Source: the human T2T-CHM13v2.0 reference genome, Homo sapiens
Direction: 5' to 3' (one strand)
Length of the DNA: 64,000 nt
NCBI RefSeq assembly: GCF_009914755.1
Contig: NC_060935.1
Positions 1 through 13,630 of the stretch are shown in pieces. The position numbers were made by a program, and so were the translations under genes. A model generated the notes under the pieces. It made no database searches, had not been told where the DNA came from, and worked only from the letters and a program-made list of their open reading frames with translations. Positions within the stretch are counted from its first letter, which is position 1; every line of letters starts with the position of its first letter.

Positions 1-70
1 GTGAGCCGAGATCGCGCCACTGCACTTCAGCCTGGGAGACAGAGCAAGACTCCATCTCAAAAATAAAATA
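1..70 (+). mobile_element. Alu 3' end
   Basis: GTGAGCCGAGATCGCGCCACTGCAC...GACTCCATCTC plus A-rich tail. Confidence 0.95.
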
Positions 71-469
71 ATGTGGAGGTTGAGAAAAATCTACCCAAAA
101 TAGATCTTGTTAAGTCAGCGCTGTGTAATACATCTTTCCCCAAAATTGAAACAGCAGACATTATCTTTTGTGATTTAAATTAAGCCAAGTCCCGAGTATG
201 GATGTAGTTACTCTTAAATTCAAGTTTTATAGAAAAGTTAATGTAAAAGTTGGCAGATAAAAACTTTGGAGACTAACAAATTGCCAGGACAGACTTATAA
301 TGAATTCACTAATATAACTAGATGGCTATTTATTGAAGAACATAAAATCTGCCCCCCTTCATCCAATTTTTTGTCCTGTATAGGACTCCTTAGTTACCTA
401 CAAAATTCCCATGTACTTTTGAATTATAGTAAAATGTATCTATTTCCATGGAAATTGCAAGTACTTTCA

Positions 470-1200
470 TTCAGTTAAAGCAACCATGATTTACTGATCA
501 TCTACTATGGGTCAGGCACTATTTCCAGAACTTGGGAAAAATCAAGAAATAAAACAGATCTAATACTTTGCTCTCAAGGAGCTTATCATCCAGTGGGGCA
601 GACAATAAACACATAAATTATTTGGTGCTTTAGAAGGCAGAAAGTGCTAAGGGAAAAAAGAAAATTAGGGCCAGGTGGAGAGATTGGGATTGTTCGGCAA
701 GAAAGGTGGAACCACACTGTGGTATAAATACGGTGGTGAGGGGACCTATGAGAAGGTGAGATTTGAGCCAAAGTGGAAGAGTTAAGGGGTTAGCTGTGGC
801 AAGAGTGTTACAAACAGAAGAGCTAAAGCCACCACTCACCAAGGCAGGAGCATGCCTGACATGTTCAAGGGATAGCAAAGAGGGAATGAATGGGTAGAAG
901 GACAAAGAGTGCAGCAGAAAAGAGGTCAGGAAATGAATCATGGGCCTATCACACAGGGTCTTATAAGGATTTTAGCTTTTACTCCCAGATACCCTGCTAC
1001 AATGGTCTGAGCAGAGATGACATCATCTTACTTATTTTACTAGGTCCACTCCCGCTGCTGTATTGAGAACAGCCTGGAAGACAAGAATAGAAAGCAGGAG
1101 GCCTGTTAGAGAGCTGGTGGTGAGTCACAACAGGGTGGTAGCAGAGGGAGGAAGTGAGAAGGGACTGGACTTTGGATATATTATGAAGGTAGAGCCTTCA
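470..1200. mobile_element. Old L2 fragment
   Basis: L2 3'-type motifs (ctactatgggtcaggcact...ctctcaaggagcttatcatccagtgggg; gcatgcctgacatgttcaagggatagcaaagagg). Confidence 0.6.
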
Positions 1201-1679
1201 GTTAATACTTTCTTTAAAAATACTGGTAATTTTACAGTTGACCATACACTTTAGGTAATAAACAAGATTTAACATGCCTAAAATCACAATAACTGATCAC
1301 TTACAGAGTCAGTATTCTTTGTGTGGTTGAGATTATCCTTATCTAGTAGCATCATAATTTAAGGTACATTTAAAAAATACTATTTTCTTTAAAGCATAGA
1401 GTCACTCCCCAGTCTGCATTAGAATTGCTTTAAGTAAAAGTAGCAAATTATTTACTTATTTATCCAAGGGTCAAGAGAGGAGGAGATTCAAGTCACTTTT
1501 CACACAACAGTGGAAACTGGGATAAGAATCTAACTTTCTCAATTTTCTGTCCATTGTTCTTTTTTCCTAAGTAGCTTTTTATGTGTAAGACTACTTTTGG
1601 GATGTTCCATGTTCTATGTAACAATGTTCTCTGCATCTGGTTCTGTTATAGGACACCATTTTTTCTTATGCTCACGTAC

Positions 1680-1975
1680 CTTATTGATTTTATGATGCAG
1701 GCTTTGCAGAACCTATGGCCGCATGGCGTTTGCACTGCTTCTCGTAATGCCATCAAGCAGATGGGGCATTCATACTTGCTTTCCAGGGGTGGGTCAAACT
1801 CTACATCATATCCCTGGATCTCCTCCATAAATGAGCTGGAGAGGTTCCCCGTGCTGGCAGTTCCACCCACACTATCATCTTTTGTTACAGCGCTACAGGA
1901 GCTGGCCATGGCCACACAGCAGTCACTTTCAGACTGGCTGGATCCACAGCTGTTTTCACAGTTTAGCAGACTCAT
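1680..1975 (-). CDS. TRAF6: TRAF6 first coding exon (aa 1-99, N-terminus and most of the RING finger)
   Basis: Translation [20 protein letters not shown]...[35 protein letters not shown] is the human TRAF6 N-terminus with C3HC4-type RING residues. ATG at 1975; donor AG|GTACGT after 1680 (296 coding nt); acceptor ttctacag| gives exon start 1997 (22 nt of 5'UTR). Confidence 0.98.
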
Positions 1976-2178
1976 AGTAACTTGATTATCACTTGCTCTG
2001 TAGAAATAGCAAGAAAAAAATGCCTTTATAAGTAACACACACACTCACACCCCACACATATATATCATAGCTTATCTATACAAGTCACTTTTTAATTCAT
2101 GTACATCAGCTGTATTAATGTTATTTACAGAAAACTTTTAAAAGTGTTTTGAGCTTTTTCATGACTATTATAAGTTAC

Positions 2179-2271
2179 CTGATTCTCTCCTTCAATAAAT
2201 ATATATATTATTATTTGTGCAAATCACTTGGAGCACACAAAGAAAGCTGGGTCCCTTCAGAAGTTCATGAT
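2179..2271 (-). other. TRAF6: TRAF6 alternative (cassette) 5'UTR exon, 93 nt
   Basis: Minus strand: pyrimidine tract plus ttctactag|ATCATGAAC...GAGAATCAG|gtaact. Matches my recollection of the extra UTR exon in the longer TRAF6 mRNA variant. Confidence 0.75.
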
Positions 2272-3169
2272 CTAGTAGAACGACAGCATATAAAGTTAAA
2301 AAAGGAGAAGCACCTCAGTTGTAATACTCTTCTATATCACAATTATCTGTTTACATGTTTGTTTCCTGTGATTGAGCTAAATATTTTAATTTCCATTTCC
2401 GCAGTACTTAGCACACGATTTTTCATACAGTAAGTGTTCACTAAGCATCGCTAAAGAACTTATCCATGTTGTTGAAGTTCCTTGAAGTATCCTGAGCTGA
2501 AGGGAATAGTATGGCTAGCAGCTCAGTGCCAGGAAAAGCAGTACGCAAGGAATCAGGTGATCATGTGCCACTGTTAGATGTGTGATTTAGTGCAAGTTAC
2601 TTAACCATTTAGATCTTGGTTTTTTCTTCTAGGTCTAAAATTCTATAAGGACTTCCAAATGCTCAGTGTGGAGATTTCTATTAGGTATTAAAAATAGAAT
2701 TGAAAAAGTGTATTTTTATGTCCTTCTGCCTTCAGTCAGGTCAAGTGACTATGTTTCATTATTAATGACTGGAAAAACAAGTGATGTTTTGTTTGCCTAT
2801 GGAAAACTATTGGTTTCATGAGCAGATGAGATATCCTCAAATTCTAAACCATTATGGTATTTACAGGCGAGAAGCTAATATTTAAAAGCAATTCACAGCC
2901 CATGTAACCACAACTGTATTTTAAATAATTACTTTTGAAAAAAATTTCTAGTATGTGTCAGATATCATTCAAGAAACAGAATGTAGGCCTCCAGTCATAT
3001 TCTCCTGCTTGTCTCACTTTTATATAAAATTCCTGGCTGCCACTTCACCAAATCGAGGATTAAGACAGTAGTACTCAATCCTTTTACCACTACAAATACC
3101 TTTTTATTCTTTTCAAAGATTCTGAGTAGCACTTGATGACCGCCTACAATGAGGTACTATTCTGGCTGG

Positions 3170-3560
3170 AAACGCAGTGCTAATAAGTGGTGATGAGCTC
3201 AGGTGCTGGAATTGAATGATACGAATTTAACTCTTTTCTTCCATTTATGAGCTGGGCAAATTATATAACCTTTCTGTGCTTCAATTTTCTCATCTGTAAA
3301 ATGGTTCTAACAATAAAATCCACTTGAGTTACTGAGAAGATTAAATGTGTTAATATGTGCAAAGCACTTAGAACAGTGCCAGGCAGTAAGAATGAATTAT
3401 TACAACAACTTTATGTAGTATTTAAGTTTTGTTGTCACCACTTATCAAAGTGGTAACTATGGAGCTTAAAAGGTTAAGTAACTTACCTAAGATTACCCAA
3501 CTAATAAGTAACAGAGTTGGGATCAGAACCCACGTCTACCTGACCTTGGAGCTTTGCACT
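3170..3560. mobile_element. MIR fragments
   Basis: MIR core (ttctcatctgtaaaatgg; aaagcacttagaacagtgcc; aggttaagtaacttacctaag). Confidence 0.7.
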
Positions 3561-3755
3561 TTGTAATACACTACTTTTATCCATGTTTTGACCAATTTGT
3601 CCATGAAGCTGCATTTAAAATTTATTTGCCTTTATTTTATTACACTAAAGTGCTGGCCACAGCTGCTATTAAACATGGTCTGTCCAGCACTACTACACTA
3701 CATTGACAGAATTCCAAAGAATCTGCAAAGAAACTTGGCATGTGGTTTACTTAAG

Positions 3756-4040
3756 TTTTTTTTTTTTTTTTTGAGACAGAGTCTCACTCTGTCGCTCAGG
3801 CTGGAGTGCAATGGCACGATCTCGACTCACTGCAACCCCCGCCTCTGGGTTCTCCCGCCTCAGCCTCCCCAATAGCTGGGATTACAGGCGCCCGCCACCA
3901 CGCCCAACTAATTTTTGTGTTTAGTAGAGACGGGGTTTTGCCATGTTGGCCAGGCTGGTCTGGAACTCCTCACCTCAAACGATCCACCTGCCCTGGCCTC
4001 CCAAAGTGTTGAGATTAAGGCACGAACCCCCGAGCCCGGC
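3756..4040 (-). mobile_element. AluS
   Basis: Antisense Alu with poly-T; degraded TSD tgtggttta on both sides. Confidence 0.93.
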
Positions 4041-4309
4041 TGTGGTTTATTTAGTTTTGATACAGTATTCCCGAAGTTAAAAATAGCTCCCATGGCCTTG
4101 CTATATCTGATGTGGACTCCTAGGGAAGGTTCATACAGATTGAAAGGAAGCAAACAATGGCAAGACAGCAGAAAATAGCAGAACTAGTCACTACAGCTGG
4201 GTCGTAAAATACGGTATAGGGCCCCCTTTATACCTTCCAAATCTGAGGACAAATGATGCTGTTATGCTACACTAGGGTATATATCCTTTGTTATTTTTAT
4301 TCCCATATA

Positions 4310-6662
4310 CAGGCATACTCAGACATTTTGGATTCAGTTCCAAACCACCGCAATAATCCAAATACCATAATAAAGCAAGTAATACAATTTTTTTGTTTCC
4401 CATACAAAGTTAGGTTTACACTATACAGTAGTCTATTAAGTGTGCAATAGCATTATGTCTAAAAAGACAATGTATATACCTTAATTTAAAAACACCTTAT
4501 TGCTAAAAAATGCTAGCGATCATCTGAGCCTTCAGCGAGCTATAATATTTTTTGCTGGTAGAGGGTCCTGCGTCAATGTTGATGGCTGTTGACTGATCAG
4601 GTTGGTGGCTGCTGATGGTTGAGGTGGCTGTGAAAATTTCTCAAAATAATACAACAATGAAGTTTGCTACCATGAAGTATTTCTCTGTAGCATGTGATGC
4701 TGTTTGATAGCATTTTACCCCACGAGAACTTCTTTCAAAAATAGCGTTAATCCTCTCAAATTCTCCCACTACTTTATCAACTAAGTTTGTAGAATATTCT
4801 AAATCCTTTGTTGTTATTTCAACAATGTTCACAGCATCCTCACCAGGAGTTGATTCCATCTCAAAAAACCACTGTTTGCTCATCCATAAGAAGCAACTCC
4901 TCATCTGTTCAAGTTTTTTACCATGAGACTGCAGAAATTCAGTCATATCTTCAGACTCCACTTCTAATTCTAGTTCTCTTGCTATTTCTACCATCTTCAG
5001 TGACTTCTAATGAAGTCCTGAACTCCTCAAAGTCATCCATGAGGGCTTCTTTCAAGTTCAACTTCTTTCAAACTCCTGTTAAGGCTGATATTTTGACCTC
5101 CTCCCATGAGCCACAAATGTTCTTAATGGCATCTAGAAAGGTGAATCCTTTCCAGAAAGTTTTCAATTTACTTTGTCCAGATCCATCGGGGGCTCATTCT
5201 CTATGGCAGCTATAGCCTTATGAAATGCATGTTTTAAATAATAAGACTTGGAAGTCTAAATGACTCCTTGATCCATGGGCTACAAAATGAATGTTATATT
5301 AGCAGGCATGAAAACAACATTAATCTTCTTGAACATCTCCATCAGAGCTCTTGGGTGATTAGGTGCATTGTTAATGAGCAGTAATATTTTGAAAGGCATC
5401 TCTCTTTCCTGAACAGTTCTTGACAGTGGGCTTAACATATTCAGTAAACTACGCTGTAAACAGATACGCTGTCATCCAGGCTTTGTTGTTACCTTTATAA
5501 AGCACAGGCAGAGTAGATTTAGTATAATTATTAAGGGCTCTAGGATTTTCAAAAGTGTAAATGAGCACTGGTGTCAACTCAACATTCACCAGCTGCATTA
5601 GCCCCTAACAAAAACGTCATCAGCCTGTCCTTTAAAATTTTGAAGCCAGGAATAGACTTGTCTGTAGCTATGAACATCCTAGGTGGCATCTTTTTCCAAT
5701 AAAAGGCTGTTAAGTATACACTGAAAATTTGTTGTCTGGTGTAGCCACCTTCATCAACGATCGTAGCTAGATCTTCTAGATAATGTGCTGTAGTTTTACA
5801 TCAACACTTGCTCTTTCATCTTGCACTTTTATGTTACGGAGATGCGTTTCTTTCCTTAAACCTCATAAACCAATCTCTGTTAGCTTCCAACTTTTCTTTT
5901 GCAGCTTCCTCACCTCTCTCAAACTTTACAGAATTGAAGAGAATTAGGACCTTGCTCTGGATTAGGTTTTGGATTAAGGAAATGTTGTGGCTAGTTTGAT
6001 CTTCCATCCAGACCATTACAACTTTCTCCATATCAGCAATAAGGCTGTTTCACTTTCTTATTAGTGAGTTCACTGGAGTACCACTTTTAATTTCCTTCAA
6101 AAACTTTTCCTTTCTATTCACAATTTGGCTAAATGGCCCATTTTGACTTCTGATGTGCCTTCTTCAGTAAGCATAATTATTTCTAGCTTTTGATTTAAAG
6201 TGACAGACATGTGGCTCTTTGGTTTACTTGAACACTTAGAGGCCATTGTAGGATTATTAATTGGTCTAATTTCAATATTGCTGTGTCTCAGGGGAGTAGG
6301 GAGGCCTGAGGAGAGGGACAGTAAGGGAACCAGCTGGTCAGTGGAGCAGTCAGAGCTCTCACATTTATTAAGTTCATCATCTCATATGGGTGTGGTGCAT
6401 GTACTCCAAAACAACAATTACAATAGTAACATCAAAGATCGCTGATCACAGATCACTATAACAGACATAATAAAGTTTAAAATATTCCAAGAATTACAAA
6501 AATGTGACAGACAAATACAAAGTGAGCACACGCTGTTGGAAAAATGGCGTGCAAAGACTTGCACAACACAGGGTTGACATAAATCTTCAATATGTTAAAA
6601 AAAAAAACAAAAAAGTATCCGGGAAGTGCAAAAAACCAGTGCTATAAAATGAGGTATATCTG
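4310..6662 (-). mobile_element. Tigger1 DNA transposon, near full length, transposase decayed
   Basis: TIRs CAGGCATAC.../...GAGGTATATCTG with TA duplications at 4308-4309 and 6663-6664; minus-strand ORF fragments 5834-6031 and 4641-4994 are Tigger1/TIGD1-like ([35 protein letters not shown]). Confidence 0.93.
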
Positions 6663-7523
6663 TACATTTCTGTGTCCAATTACTTCCTTAGGTAAATTTC
6701 CTAGAGGTAGAATTGTTGGATCAGAGGGTATGTAACTTTTTAAGCTTTCTGATAGATAATGCTGGTTATCTAATATGTATCAAAGACATTCTAATTTCCA
6801 CTCACACAAGCACAGTATATATGCAAGAGTCCATTTTCTCTACGCTTGACAACATCAGGTATATTTCAGTCTTGAACCATTTTTTTTTTAAGTAAAATCA
6901 CTTTTGAGAAATTAGTATTTGTTATTTGGTGTATGACATATATCCAAGTGCTGGCCACAAGACAAAGGCAGAAATTATGAAGCTAGGTGTATCTTTTCTT
7001 TTCTGCCCAAATGTCCAGTTTAAAATATAGTTTATTGGATAGTCTATACACTGCCTGCTTCCAGTCCAGTTCAAAAGGCTTGAAGGTCTTTAGGTCTGAA
7101 GAGACCTTTTATAGCTAATGTGTTCCTAAGAAAATCTGTCTAATCAGTTATAATTCCTTAAAAGGAACTCCACTGTGGGAATGCAGTGTGACACATAAAA
7201 GTGAGCATGTTCAAAATCTATTTGCCTTCAAGTTTCACATTACTTTCCATGCTTTAAGATGCAATCCAGAAGCTTTCTATTTTCCAAATAAACTTTTTCA
7301 TATAGTTATCCTTTAAGTCCACAGTATTTAGTTTCATGTAACTAGACATAAAGGGAAAATTAAGTTAAAAACAATTCTTGACTGCCACTTAGCATTTTTG
7401 TTTCCTCTTTCTTTGGTAAAACATTTTGTCCCTTTAGTTTTAAGAACTGCAATGACTTAAGGAAAAATCACCTAACTTAATTATAACGATAACTAACACT
7501 AAGAGAAGAACAAAAAGTGCTTT

Positions 7524-9313
<1,790 letters not shown>

Positions 9314-10880
9314 TAAAATAAAAATTTCTTACAGCCTCTATTCTAGTATACTTACGTGGCTTTCTACAGGAATTAATGAAGGGATGGAACAAAGTATAAA
9401 TTGTTCCTTAACTTGTATGTTAAGAGTGTCCTGACTGTAATCCCCTTTTGCAGTTGCGAAATCTAGTATGATAAGCACTACCTTAAAGATTGTGGAACGT
9501 TAACTACTGCTAACTTATTTCAGCCGTAAAATGAGTAGTATTGAAAGCAGCCTTGTCATAAATCAAGACTTAAATTCACGAATTAGTATCTGGGTGTACA
9601 TTATAATCAAAAGAGAATACTGTAACATGTCTTGGGGGAGGGGGAAGTAGGATAATCCACAAAAAGTTTGTCCTCCAAGGCAGATGCTAAGGAGGTATGT
9701 GCCAAGTTAAAAGAAGTCAACAAGTTATGTCTTAAATGAGTCAATTTTAAGTCAACTGAAATTCATACGAGTAAACATGTAACTTATTGAAGTAAAACCA
9801 TGTAAAGAAAATATGAGAAATTATCTTTAATGTGCTACTAGCTTTAGAAACAGAAACTGTTTACCAGCTTCTTAAATTTCTAAAGTGTGAAGACCTACAA
9901 ATGTACTCCAATGGCCAAGAGATGCTGCAAAATACTCAACTGTTGTGCCTTAACTTTGAATCCAAATTCAAGGGGCATTCCCCTTCCTGGGCACTATTTA
10001 CTCTGCTCCAGGAGGCAAGGATTTGAACTTCTCTCCAAATCTAAGTGTCCAAAAGTTTACCGGCATCACATGCCCAAATTTATCACAGAGAAGAGCTCAT
10101 GTTACAATTCTGAAATATTGTGGTGCATGCAGGCTGAAACTCTGATGTGATCCTGTACCCACCACATGCCGGACTCCTTCCTAGAGTCACAAAAGAGGCC
10201 ACATTGTTCCTGCCTATACACTCAACCTCAAAATTTGAAAAGCCCCTCTCCCTTCCCTAGTAATGAAAGGAGAATGAATGAAATGATAGCGGCCAAGTTC
10301 ACAAGGCCAACACAGAATTTCTTTACCAGTTTTTCTCGTTTCTACATGGAACCTGTGTAACAAGACATTCAGTAATAGTAATCTGCTCTCAGAGAAAGAA
10401 ACAATTAAATACCATACAGCGAAGCTGCTAATACTTTATTTAGGTGCTTTCTGTTCACATTCAAGACAGTCCTAACTCAGCTGGAGTTCCCCTTAAGCCA
10501 AATACTAGGAACAGCTTTATCAACCCGGCGTCTGGAACAATCGCTCGAACTACCGAGTTTAGGGGCGGGGGAGAAAACATTCGTGTCATCTGAGCCTTTT
10601 TTTTTTTTTAAACTCGCTGCCTGAGACTTCTATAGAGTTCAACAGGGAATCCAAAAATAGCTTTCCCATGACAGTGACAGCCGGAGTCGCCAGGAACGTA
10701 AAGGATTTTTTAAAAATTTAAGCAGGTGTTTGCTCCAAGGAGCGGACAACTGCAGGAGGCAATTTCCTTATCTGGGAAGGGGAAAAAGCGGAGTTGAGGG
10801 GAGCGAGGTTGAGTAAGGCGACGCGGGGTTTTTTAGGGGGTGGAATGAGCGAGGAAGAGGAGGCCTGGGGAGCAGAGGTC

Positions 10881-11177
10881 AGGGGACAGGGAACGGTGTC
10901 CCCGACCTGTGGGAAGCGTGGGGACAGAGGCTGCGTCCCGACCTGCAGGAAGCGAGGGGCAGGGAACGGTGTCCTCGACCAGCGGGAAGCGAGAGGACAG
11001 GGGCGGCGTCCCCGACCCGTGGGAAGCAAGCGGGTAGGGGCGGCGTCCCTGACCTGTGAAAAGCGAAGGGACAGGGGAGGCGTCCCCGACTGGTGGGAAG
11101 CGAGGGGACAGGGACTGCGTCCCCGACCTGCCGAGAGCGAAGGGGCGGGGGGCGGCGTCCCTGACCGCTGGGAAGCG
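10881..11177. repeat. GC-rich minisatellite, 8 diverged units of ~37 bp
   Basis: Consensus approximately AGGGGACAGGGGCGGCGTCCCCGACCTGTGGGAAGCG, read directly eight times. Confidence 0.9.
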
Positions 11178-11218
11178 AGGCGGCGGCCGCCAGGAGGAGG
11201 CGCCTGAAGGAGACTCAC

Positions 11219-11450
11219 CGTTCTAGTGCGCGGGGAGGCCGAACCAGGAGGGCAGGGCTCCCCCACCAACCGCACGACTCCGCTCAGCCAAGGCGCTGGT
11301 AGAGGACGGACACAGACACTGCGCGCCGAGACGAGGCTGCTTGGACGGCAAACTCTGGATCCAGTGGGAGCCTTCGCCACCTTCGCTGGCCGCCCGCAGG
11401 CCAAGCCCCAGCTGCGGACGCCACTGCTTCCGCCTTCTCTGCTGGCTGCG
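11219..11450 (-). other. TRAF6: TRAF6 non-coding exon 1 (TSS position approximate)
   Basis: Strong donor ACG|GTGAGT at 11219/11218; GC-rich sequence recognised as the TRAF6 5'UTR (...CCCCGCGCACTAGAACG joins AGCAAGTGATAATCAAGTTACTATG). Confidence 0.9.
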
Positions 11451-11508
11451 GGGAGCGAGGGGCAGGGAGCGCGCCGGGGAGGAGACAGAGCGGCCGAGTT
11501 CGGAGAGA

Positions 11509-11522
11509 GTGCCCCCTGGCGG
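11509..11522 (-). promoter_or_regulatory. CTCF core motif CCGCCAGGGGGCAC
   Basis: Close match to the CTCF consensus CC(A/G)SYAGRKGGCRS; motif only. Confidence 0.6.
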
Positions 11523-11708
11523 TGATCCTCCAGGCGGACTGTGGCGCGGGCCGGGCGGCGCCCCCAGCCCCGCAGCCTGGCTTTCTTCCTGCTCGGGTGT
11601 CCCACCTGGGAATTCGTTGCACCGCACAGCCGAACCCGAGTGTGTCAATGGGTGTGTGTTGGAATGAGGATGGCGACGAGAAGATCCCTCCCGGAATAAC
11701 TTAATTTG
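11520..11708 (+). other. Candidate first exon of a divergent (RAG1-directed) transcript; start approximate
   Basis: Donor TTG|GTGAGC at 11708/11709 on the far side of the CpG island; I recall distal RAG1 transcript annotations starting head-to-head with TRAF6. Confidence 0.55.
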
Positions 11709-12129
11709 GTGAGCAGTGGCGACAGTAATAATCCCAAACTGCGCTTTTATAGCACCCCTCTCCAAGCAGGAGAAAACCCCAGCTGGGCTAGATCGCTTGA
11801 CCTTCAGGAATTCTTAAACCCCTCCCCAGCTCCACCCTCCTTGCCCAGGAAGTTTCTGCGATCCATAGAACCCTCTATTATTACCTGCTCTTCCCCTTCA
11901 TCCGGTCCAAGGGAGTCAGCCCTTGCCTTAAATATTTCTTTGAATTTCCTGCCAAGAACACCAGCGCTTTGTCTTTCTCTGTCATGGGAAAACTATTTTA
12001 AATTCCCTGTTTAACTGGTCATAAACGTCTAGAGAATGTACCACGCGTTTTGCTGGAGAAGCACAAAAGAGTTTCATCCACCTCTGCATATTTGGTTCAT
12101 CGTCCACCTCTTAGGGGAGGTTTTCCAGG

Positions 12130-12335
12130 ATAGTAGTCATGCGTATGTATCCTGAAGCCAGAATGCTTGGTTCCAATCCGGTTTTTCCTATAATAAATGT
12201 GTGATTCAGGTAAAATACTTAATCTGTACTTGTTTCAGTTTTCTCATCTCGTATTAACATGGGGATAATAATAGTATCTACCTCACAGGGTTGTTGGAAG
12301 GATGAGATAAAATATGTAAAGAAATTATTTAAAAC
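12130..12335. mobile_element. MIR
   Basis: tttcagttttctcatc...ataatagtatctacctcacagggttgttggaaggat core. Confidence 0.7.
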
Positions 12336-12340
12336 TATCT

Positions 12341-12655
12341 GGCCAGGCACAAATAGGCTCATGCCTATAATCCCAGTACTTTGGGAGGCTAAGGCAGGAG
12401 GATCACTTGAGGCCAGGAATTTGAGACCAGCCTGGGCAACATAGTGAGACCCCATCTTTACACAAAATTTAAAAATTACCTGGGTGTGGTGGTGCATATC
12501 TGTAGTCTCGGCTACTCTGGAGGCTGAGGTGGGAGGATGGCTTGAGCCCTGGCAGTCAAGGCTACAGTAAGCCATGATTGCACCACTGCATTCCAGCCTG
12601 GGTGACAGAGTGAGACCCTGTCTCAAGGAACAAACGAACAAACAAATAAACCCAA
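12341..12655 (+). mobile_element. AluJ
   Basis: GGCCAGGCAC...GAGACCCTGTCTC plus (AAAC)n tail. Confidence 0.92.
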
Positions 12656-13269
12656 AACTAGGACATAGTATGGGCTCAATAAATGTTACCAATACTATAT
12701 GTCCTACTTTCTGGCTGCCAATATTCATTAAAAATGCTTCTCTTTTTAAGAAGAATTTATCACTGGTTCTCAGGTTCTGTCAACCCCCTTTTAAAAGATT
12801 GTATTTTGAAACACTTAAGACATAAAAAGAGCACAAACATCTGTGTGCTCACCACCCAGCTTTAAAAAATAAAACATTGCCAGCCTTTGTGTATCCCTCC
12901 CTAGAAGCTCCTCTTAAAAATTAAATCTCTTATGGGATGGAAGAAAAGATCATTATATGAAATTGAGAGCTGGAGAAAAGGAAGAGCAAGAGAATCAGAG
13001 TTCCCTCCACTTCTTAGTGTGAGCTCTGGGGCAGGTTACATAACCTCCATGAACTACAATGACCAAAAACTATAAAAAAGGGGATAATGTCTACCTTACC
13101 AGGCTTTTGTCAGTATAAAATAATAAAAATCTATTGTGAGAGACTCCAGCACCAGGCTTTCAAAAAGATTAGGTGTTCTGTGTATGTTTCTTTACATTGT
13201 TTTCATAAGTGCCCTCAAGGGGCCTTTTCCTACTCCTTCAAATCCAATTTATTCAATATAGGAGAGAGT

Positions 13270-13630
13270 TTTAGTGCTCATCCATGCCTTGGGCACACAG
13301 GAAACTTACAAATACCATTTCCCTTTGCAATCAGGCAGGGCCACGTGACTAGTTCTGGCCTGTGAGCTATGACAAGAAGGATGCATATCATTCCTAGGTC
13401 AAAGCGTTTTATTTTCATTGCAAGACTGTTTCCCCTGTGTGCAACCAAGGAGCAAAGGGCAACTACAAGAGGGAAGAGATGTATCACTCAGTTGATGTAT
13501 GAAGGGCAGTTGCCTTGGAAAGTCAATCCACCTGCATTGGACTTACGAGAGCAGGAAACAAACGCCTGTTATTTTAAGCCATTGAGATATTGGGATTGTC
13601 TTTTCTGCTGCATAGCTAAGCCTACTTTAT
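13270..13630 (+). mobile_element. Old MaLR LTR (MLT1 family)
   Basis: ggccacgtgactagttctggcc...ttttaagccattgagatattggg motifs. Confidence 0.55.

Larger units (their letters stand above)
10780..11720. promoter_or_regulatory. CpG island / TATA-less, probably bidirectional promoter of TRAF6
   Basis: High GC and CpG density, GC boxes, ETS site CGGAAGC (minus, 11426-11432); splice donors face outward on both strands (11218 minus, 11709 plus). Confidence 0.9.

Noticed and set aside
1646-2044. 132-aa ORF taken as the whole TRAF6 exon
   Set aside because: Its N- and C-terminal extensions are intronic or UTR; the coding part is 1680-1975.
10881-11177. CRISPR-like look of the ~37-bp palindromic repeats
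   Set aside because: Units are head-to-tail with no unique spacers, there are no cas genes, and the context is human; it is a minisatellite.
10718-11765. 295-aa, 180-aa and other Pro/Arg/Gly-rich ORFs
   Set aside because: Expected in a CpG island with a GC minisatellite; non-ATG starts, no recognisable domain, overlap with the TRAF6 exon 1 and intron.
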